NCBI GenBank assembly: GCA_963814035.1 | Contig: CAWFBH010000005.1 | Location: 86,019 to 150,018 of the forward strand | Reading direction: 5' to 3' | Length of the DNA stretch: 64,000 nucleotides | Source: an uncultured delta proteobacterium | Lineage (GTDB): Bacteria > Desulfobacterota > Binatia > Binatales > Binataceae | Part shown: positions 58,992 through 64,000 of the stretch, piece after piece | How positions within the stretch are numbered: the first letter of the stretch is position 1 | Layout: each line of letters begins with the position of its first letter | The notes under the pieces: generated by a model | Told to the model about the DNA's origin: nothing | What the model saw: only the letters and a program-made list of their open reading frames with translations | The model's database searches: none | Translations under genes and position numbers: made by a program

Positions 58992-59951
58992 GTGCGCGTG
59001 CCGCGAGTCTCGGTAATAACGCCGGTTTACAACGGCGCGCGCACCATCGCGCGGGCAATCGACAGCGTGCTCGCGCAGAGCTTTGCCGATTTCGAGATCC
59101 TCGTCGTCGATGACGGCTCGAGCGATGAAACCCTCGCGGTCCTCGAAGGCTACGGCGATCGCATTACGGTCCTGAAGCAAGCGCATAAGCAGCAGGCGAT
59201 CGCGCGCAACCTTGCGGCGAAAAACGCCCGCGGTGAATTCATCGCGTTCCTCGACGCTGACGATTCATGGCTAGCGGAAAAGCTCGCGCGATGCGTTGAG
59301 GTCCTCGAGCGCGATCCTCGATGCGTGCTGGTCTATTCGAACTTGATCGCGGTCAGCGTCGATGGCGCTGAGCTTCCCATCGAAATGACACCGGCACCGG
59401 TTGCGCATGCGCCTTCGATGGACGAGCTGCTGACGCGTTTATGGCCGATCGTTCCCAGTTCCGTGGTCATGCGCCGCGAGGTGTTCGATCGCATCGGCGG
59501 ATTCTCACCCGCGATCGCGGGGTGCGAGGACATCTATTTCTGGCTGATTGCGCGCGAGCAGGGCGAGTTTCGCTATCTTCCGGAAAAGCTGACGCGCTTC
59601 GCCTACGACACTTATCCGGAACTCCTGCGGGTGTTGCGACGCGATATCGAAGGCGGCACGCAAAACCTCATCCCGATGCTCCATCAGCGCTATGGTCATC
59701 GGGCCGACCCGCTTAAGGCGTATTATCAACGTCACAAGGTGAGCATGCTCAGTCGCGCCGGGCTGCTCGCCCTCGCACATGGTGACGCGCGCGAGGCCCG
59801 CCAATGTTTTCTCCGCGCGCTGCGATGGAATCCGGCAGAGCCCAAAACGTATTTGCGGCTCGCGCGCACATTCATGCCGGCCAGACTCGCGGCGTTGCTT
59901 AGCGGAAAGGACCCGCGTCGAAAAAGCGCGGATGGGATTACACTCGGATAG
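58992..59951 (+). CDS. glycosyltransferase family 2 (copy 1 of duplicated module)
   Basis: VSVITPVYNGARTIARAIDSVLAQSFADFEILVVDDGSSDET and FLDADD. C-terminal helical ALAHGD...YLRLARTF tail shared with 60900..61826. Confidence 0.85.
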   Translation: MRVPRVSVITPVYNGARTIARAIDSVLAQSFADFEILVVDDGSSDETLAVLEGYGDRITVLKQAHKQQAIARNLAAKNARGEFIAFLDADDSWLAEKLARCVEVLERDPRCVLVYSNLIAVSVDGAELPIEMTPAPVAHAPSMDELLTRLWPIVPSSVVMRREVFDRIGGFSPAIAGCEDIYFWLIAREQGEFRYLPEKLTRFAYDTYPELLRVLRRDIEGGTQNLIPMLHQRYGHRADPLKAYYQRHKVSMLSRAGLLALAHGDAREARQCFLRALRWNPAEPKTYLRLARTFMPARLAALLSGKDPRRKSADGITLG

Positions 59952-60002
59952 GCGAGGCCGCGGCATATTGGAGCGCCGCGACGGTGCTGATAGCTTCCTC
60001 GC

Positions 60003-60893
60003 ATGACTGAGTCATTGCGATGGCCCGACTTTATTGCGGTGGGGCCGCAGCGCACCGGGACGACCTGGCTCCACGAAGTAATGAAGCCGCATTTGGGGCT
60101 CCCGCGCGGGATAAAGGAGACAGATTTTTTTCTGAAGAACTACTCGCGAGGCGTCGCTTGGTATCTGGAATACTTTCGGGGCTACCCCGCCGATTTGCCG
60201 ATCGGAGAAGTTGATCCCAACTATTTCGGCGAGGACATCGCGCGTGAGCGGATCGAGAAAGACATTCCACGCGCGAAAATTATCGTCACACTGCGCGATC
60301 CCGTCGAACGCGCATATTCTTCCTATCGAGTCATGCGCCGCGATGCGTGGACGCGGGTCAGCTTTGAGGAAACGGTGGCGAAAAATCACATCATCCGAGA
60401 ATCGAGCCGGTATGCGCATCATCTGGAAAGCTGGCAACGCAGCTTCGGCAAGGATCGCGTGCTGGTGTGTTTCTACGATGACCTCGAGCAGTCAGCGCAG
60501 GGTTTCCTCGATCCGATTTGCGATTTCATCGGAGCGAAGCGAATCAAGGTGGAGGGCTCCCCGCTGGCGTCGGAGCGCGTCAACACCGTCACTCGCGCAC
60601 CGCGCAGCCGAAAACTCGCGCAAAACGCCCGCAACGCGCGCGATTGGATGCGCTTGCATAGATGGCATCGGGCGGTGGACCTCCTCGAATCGGCAGGGCT
60701 GTGGCGATTCTGCTTCGGAGGTGGCGAAGAGTTCGGTCCCTTGGATACGGAGACAGATGCGCGCTTGCGTGAGCATTTCCGACCCGAAGTGGAGGCGCTC
60801 GAGCGCCTCACCGGACGCGATCTATCCCAATGGAAGAAAAACCGTGGCGTGACGGCCTCAGCGCCAGCGCCGAACCTAAGCCTCAGCGCGTAA
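60003..60893 (+). CDS. sulfotransferase family protein (copy 1)
   Basis: PAPS 5'-phosphosulfate loop PDFIAVGPQRTGTTWLHE and 3'-phosphate motif LRDPVERAYSSY. Confidence 0.8.
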   Translation: MTESLRWPDFIAVGPQRTGTTWLHEVMKPHLGLPRGIKETDFFLKNYSRGVAWYLEYFRGYPADLPIGEVDPNYFGEDIARERIEKDIPRAKIIVTLRDPVERAYSSYRVMRRDAWTRVSFEETVAKNHIIRESSRYAHHLESWQRSFGKDRVLVCFYDDLEQSAQGFLDPICDFIGAKRIKVEGSPLASERVNTVTRAPRSRKLAQNARNARDWMRLHRWHRAVDLLESAGLWRFCFGGGEEFGPLDTETDARLREHFRPEVEALERLTGRDLSQWKKNRGVTASAPAPNLSLSA

Positions 60894-60899
60894 GCTTGT

Positions 60900-61826
60900 A
60901 TGCCGCGCGTTTCAGTCATAGTCCCGGTTTTCAACGCCATCCGCACGATCGAGCGAGCGCTCGCCAGCGTGCGTGCGCAAACTTTCGCCGACTACGAAAT
61001 TTTCGTGGTGGACGACGGCTCGACTGATGGGAGCCTCGAACTGCTTCAAGGTTATGGCGACGCCGTCAAGGTTCTTCAGCAGAACAATCGTGGACCCTCG
61101 GCGGCGCGAAATCTCGGCATCGCCAACTCGACCGGCGAACTTCTGGGTTTTCTGGATGCCGATGACTGGTGGAAACCCGAGTTGCTGACCAGCCTGGGCG
61201 CCGCGCTCGATCGCGATCCACAAGCAGTCATGGCTTACTGCGATCTGCAGTTGGTCGATAGCCTCGGCAAACCGTTTCAGACCTCATTGATGGCGGTGCG
61301 CGAGGCGCGTCCGCCTTTGCTGCGGGATATGCTCGACTCGCTGTGGCCGATAATGCCTAGTGGAACGCTGATCCGGCGCGGTGCGCTTGAAGCGGTCGGT
61401 GGCTTTCCCGAGAGACTGCGGGCTTTTGAAGATGTCTACCTATGGCTCCTGCTTCGTGAGAAAGGCCCTTTCGCCTACGTGCCGGAAAAACTCGCGGTCT
61501 GGAGATTTGCGCATTTTCCGGCCGCACTGAAAGCCCCCGGAGGCCAGGAAGCAGCGGGGCGCATTTTTCGCCAGATGGTTACTGCGCGCTACGGCATCGA
61601 CCCGGTCAAACACGTGCGCGCACGCGAGCGAGCCCCCCGTAGCATCCTGGGCTATATCGGGTTGGACGCACTCGCGCATGGCGATCGAGCGACCGCGCGC
61701 AACGCCTTCACGCGAGCGATTGCGCTCGATCGGTTCCGGGTTCGCAGTTATCTGCGGCTGGCGCGCACCTTTCTGCCCAATGGCATGGTGCGAGCGCTCA
61801 GCGGCAAATCGGGTAAAGCGGCGTGA
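60900..61826 (+). CDS. glycosyltransferase family 2 (copy 2)
   Basis: VSVIVPVFNAIRTIERALASVRAQTFADYEIFVVDDGSTDGS and FLDADD. Colinear with 58992..59951 over its full length. Confidence 0.85.
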   Translation: MPRVSVIVPVFNAIRTIERALASVRAQTFADYEIFVVDDGSTDGSLELLQGYGDAVKVLQQNNRGPSAARNLGIANSTGELLGFLDADDWWKPELLTSLGAALDRDPQAVMAYCDLQLVDSLGKPFQTSLMAVREARPPLLRDMLDSLWPIMPSGTLIRRGALEAVGGFPERLRAFEDVYLWLLLREKGPFAYVPEKLAVWRFAHFPAALKAPGGQEAAGRIFRQMVTARYGIDPVKHVRARERAPRSILGYIGLDALAHGDRATARNAFTRAIALDRFRVRSYLRLARTFLPNGMVRALSGKSGKAA

Positions 61827-62725
61827 GCGAGAACCGCGCAGGCCGAATTTCCCGGCTGCCTGATTTTATCGCGGTCGGACCGCCGCGTACCGCGACGACC
61901 TGGCTCCATGAGGTGCTGCGAGGGCACGTATGCCTGCCCGCCGACCGCAAGGAGACGGATTTTTTCACCCGCTTTTATGATCGCGGCATCGATTGGTACG
62001 CCGACTATTTTCGCCATTGCGGCAGTGCGACAACGATCGGCGAGTTGAGTCCGATGTATTTCGCCTCGCGCGACGCGTTGGAGCGCATCGCGAAGGATCT
62101 TCCGGATTGTAAAATCATCTGCTCCTTTCGTGATCCGGTCGAACGGGCATACTCGAATTACCGGCTTTTGCGCCGTAACGTGTTCACCAAAGCGGACTTC
62201 GAACGGGCGGCGACCACGCGTGGCGATTTGATGGAATCGAGCCGCTACGGAACCCATCTGGCTGAGTGGCTCGAACGCTTCGGCCGCGAGCGTGTGCTGG
62301 CACTCATTTATGATGATCTGAAGTTGAGCCCGCAGATTTTCCTCGATGCGGTGTGCGATTTCATCGGGGTAAATCGTTTTCCAGTAGCGACAACGCGGCT
62401 GGGTAGCGAGCGCGTGCATACCGTGGACACGCAGCCGCCCAACGAGCGGATGGCGAAAATCGCACGCGATCTGGTCGGATGGTTCGTCAATCGTCGCTAT
62501 CATCGCGCAGCCAACGTTGTGCGCGAGAGCCGCATCGTGAAGTTTATGCTGGAAGGTGGGGATCCTTTTCCGCCGCTCACCGAGGAGACAACTCGAAGGA
62601 TGCGCGAATACTATCGGCCCGAGATTGAAAAGCTGGAAGGACTTATCGGGCGCGATCTCTCAGCCTGGAAACTCGGCCGCCAGGATGCGGTTCTCGAGGC
62701 GGGTCCATCGCCGATCGACCGCTAG
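61823..62725 (+). CDS. sulfotransferase family protein (copy 2)
   Basis: PDFIAVGPPRTATTWLHE and FRDPVERAYSNY. Colinear with 60003..60893. 4-bp overlap with the upstream GT2. Confidence 0.8.
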   Translation: MSENRAGRISRLPDFIAVGPPRTATTWLHEVLRGHVCLPADRKETDFFTRFYDRGIDWYADYFRHCGSATTIGELSPMYFASRDALERIAKDLPDCKIICSFRDPVERAYSNYRLLRRNVFTKADFERAATTRGDLMESSRYGTHLAEWLERFGRERVLALIYDDLKLSPQIFLDAVCDFIGVNRFPVATTRLGSERVHTVDTQPPNERMAKIARDLVGWFVNRRYHRAANVVRESRIVKFMLEGGDPFPPLTEETTRRMREYYRPEIEKLEGLIGRDLSAWKLGRQDAVLEAGPSPIDR

Positions 62726-62747
62726 TGTATAATTGTCTGTCGGGCAG

Positions 62748-63947
62748 TTAGACGGTGGTCTTGCGCCAGCTTCGATAGCCGCGCGATTCGGTCAGCCCAT
62801 AGCGCGCAAGCATTCGGTAAACCGTATAGCGCGAGACTCCCAGCAGGTCGGCCGCGCGATGGCAATTGCCATGGGTGGCGTTGAGCGCACGAACCAGCGC
62901 GTCCTTCGACGCCTCGCGAATGGCAGCATCGAGGGAGAATTTTGATTCGGCGCTGGCCTCGGCGCCGATGACCGGAGCAGTCGGCGCGCCCGCTTCGGGC
63001 AGATCCATCGGAATCGCGGCGGCAGTGGATGTTTCGGTAATTGGCTCCGTCGATGCTTCGCGGCCTTCGAGCACGTTGCTTGGCAACTCGTTCAACGTGA
63101 TGCAGTCCCCATCCGCCATCAGGACCGCGCTTTCGACCGCATGGGCCAGTTCGCGCACGTTGCCCGGCCATGAATAGGCGCACAGCGCCTCGATCGCCTG
63201 GCGCGAAATGCGCCGGATGTCCTTGGCGAAAAGGCGACAATATTGTTCGACGAAATGTCCGACGAAAGCGGGAATCGCATCGCGCCGATCGCGCAGCGGC
63301 GGGATAATCAGGGCCGCGGCGTTGAGGCGATAATACAAATCGTCGCGAAATTCGCCTCCCTTGACCATCGCGCGCAGGTCGCGATTGGTCGCCGCGACCA
63401 GCCGGATATCGACCTTATAACTGTGCGAGGAGCCGACCGGCTGAACCTCGTGCATCTCGACCGCGCGTAGCAGCTTCGGTTGCAATTTCAGTGGAAGCTC
63501 GCCGATCTCGTCGAGGAACAGGGTGCCTCCGTTAGCGGAGCGGAAGTAGCCCAGGGAATCCTCGCGCGCATCGGTGAAGGCTCCCTTCACATGGCCGAAG
63601 AGCTGCGATTCCGCCAGCGAATCGACCAGGTTCGAGCAATTGAAAGTGACGAAAGGCCCGTTGGGAACTGCGCCGAGGCTGTGCAGCGACCTAGCCACCA
63701 ACTCCTTGCCGGTGCCCGATTCGCCTTGGATCAGCACGGTGGCCTTGTGCGGGGCGAAGCGGATAATGCTGGCGAACAGACGCTTGAACTGGGCCGATCG
63801 AATCAGCATCCCGCCGACTCGCTCGGAGCCTTCGACCAGGCGCTCGATGGCTATCCAGTCCTGTGCGGTGCCGAGTGATCCGGGATGGCGCACCGGTGCA
63901 ACCGGCGCCGTAGACGACTGCGCAATCGTTTCCTCGCTGAGACTCAT
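62748..63947 (-). CDS. sigma-54-dependent transcriptional activator lacking a large N-terminal sensory domain
   Basis: 399 aa. AAA+ core GESGTGKE, GAFTDA variant of GAFTGA, GGTLFLDEI, and C-terminal HTH AADLLGVSRYTVYRMLARYGL. Only about 60 aa precede the AAA+ domain. Confidence 0.9.
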   Translation of the reverse strand: MSLSEETIAQSSTAPVAPVRHPGSLGTAQDWIAIERLVEGSERVGGMLIRSAQFKRLFASIIRFAPHKATVLIQGESGTGKELVARSLHSLGAVPNGPFVTFNCSNLVDSLAESQLFGHVKGAFTDAREDSLGYFRSANGGTLFLDEIGELPLKLQPKLLRAVEMHEVQPVGSSHSYKVDIRLVAATNRDLRAMVKGGEFRDDLYYRLNAAALIIPPLRDRRDAIPAFVGHFVEQYCRLFAKDIRRISRQAIEALCAYSWPGNVRELAHAVESAVLMADGDCITLNELPSNVLEGREASTEPITETSTAAAIPMDLPEAGAPTAPVIGAEASAESKFSLDAAIREASKDALVRALNATHGNCHRAADLLGVSRYTVYRMLARYGLTESRGYRSWRKTTV

Positions 63948-64000
63948 GGTTCCCCCTCCCCAGGTGGCACCGTAACTACAATCAGTACAGAAACTATGCC

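Overview
GC-rich bacterial chromosomal window with diderm-type features (lipoproteins, AMIN-AmiC, sigma-54 regulators), densely coding on both strands. Left third is mostly housekeeping: two tandem PaaK-like ligases, VOC, nitroreductase, dienelactone hydrolase, rhomboid and dnaB, then a minus-strand run scpB-scpA-S2P protease-xerD-glnD-amiC-mutS. The middle holds a divergent redox pair. One member is a peroxiredoxin-like gene with an in-frame TGA exactly at the first Cys of its CxxC motif plus a downstream hairpin, so it is a candidate selenoprotein. Also in the middle: GT2 and RmlC-like genes, GNAT, MFS, a GAF/sigma-54 activator followed by a palindromic UAS and a -24/-12 promoter driving a small membrane-anchored protein, a CBS protein, a histidine-phosphatase lipoprotein, and a respiratory supercluster (ctaC-ctaD-ctaE-ctaG-small TM-Rieske-cytochrome b/c). 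The right third holds an LLM/F420-type oxidoreductase, a giant SBBP-repeat protein, an operon of uncharacterised secreted proteins bracketed by two CAP-domain lipoproteins, and an alpha-2-macroglobulin + pbpC pair whose distal ~5.8 kb is riddled with frame changes. It ends with gabT, an aldo-keto reductase, a tandemly duplicated GT2-sulfotransferase module and a second sigma-54 activator. I saw no rRNA, tRNA, CRISPR array, transposase or recognisable defence genes. Cross-cutting observations: (1) nine isolated frame breaks in otherwise well-conserved genes, all phase-consistent with single-base insertions, which suggests assembly error rather than biology; (2) a family of hairpin/MITE-like repeats at four loci, one inside ctaG. 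All calls come from reading the translations and sequence by eye; no database search was run.
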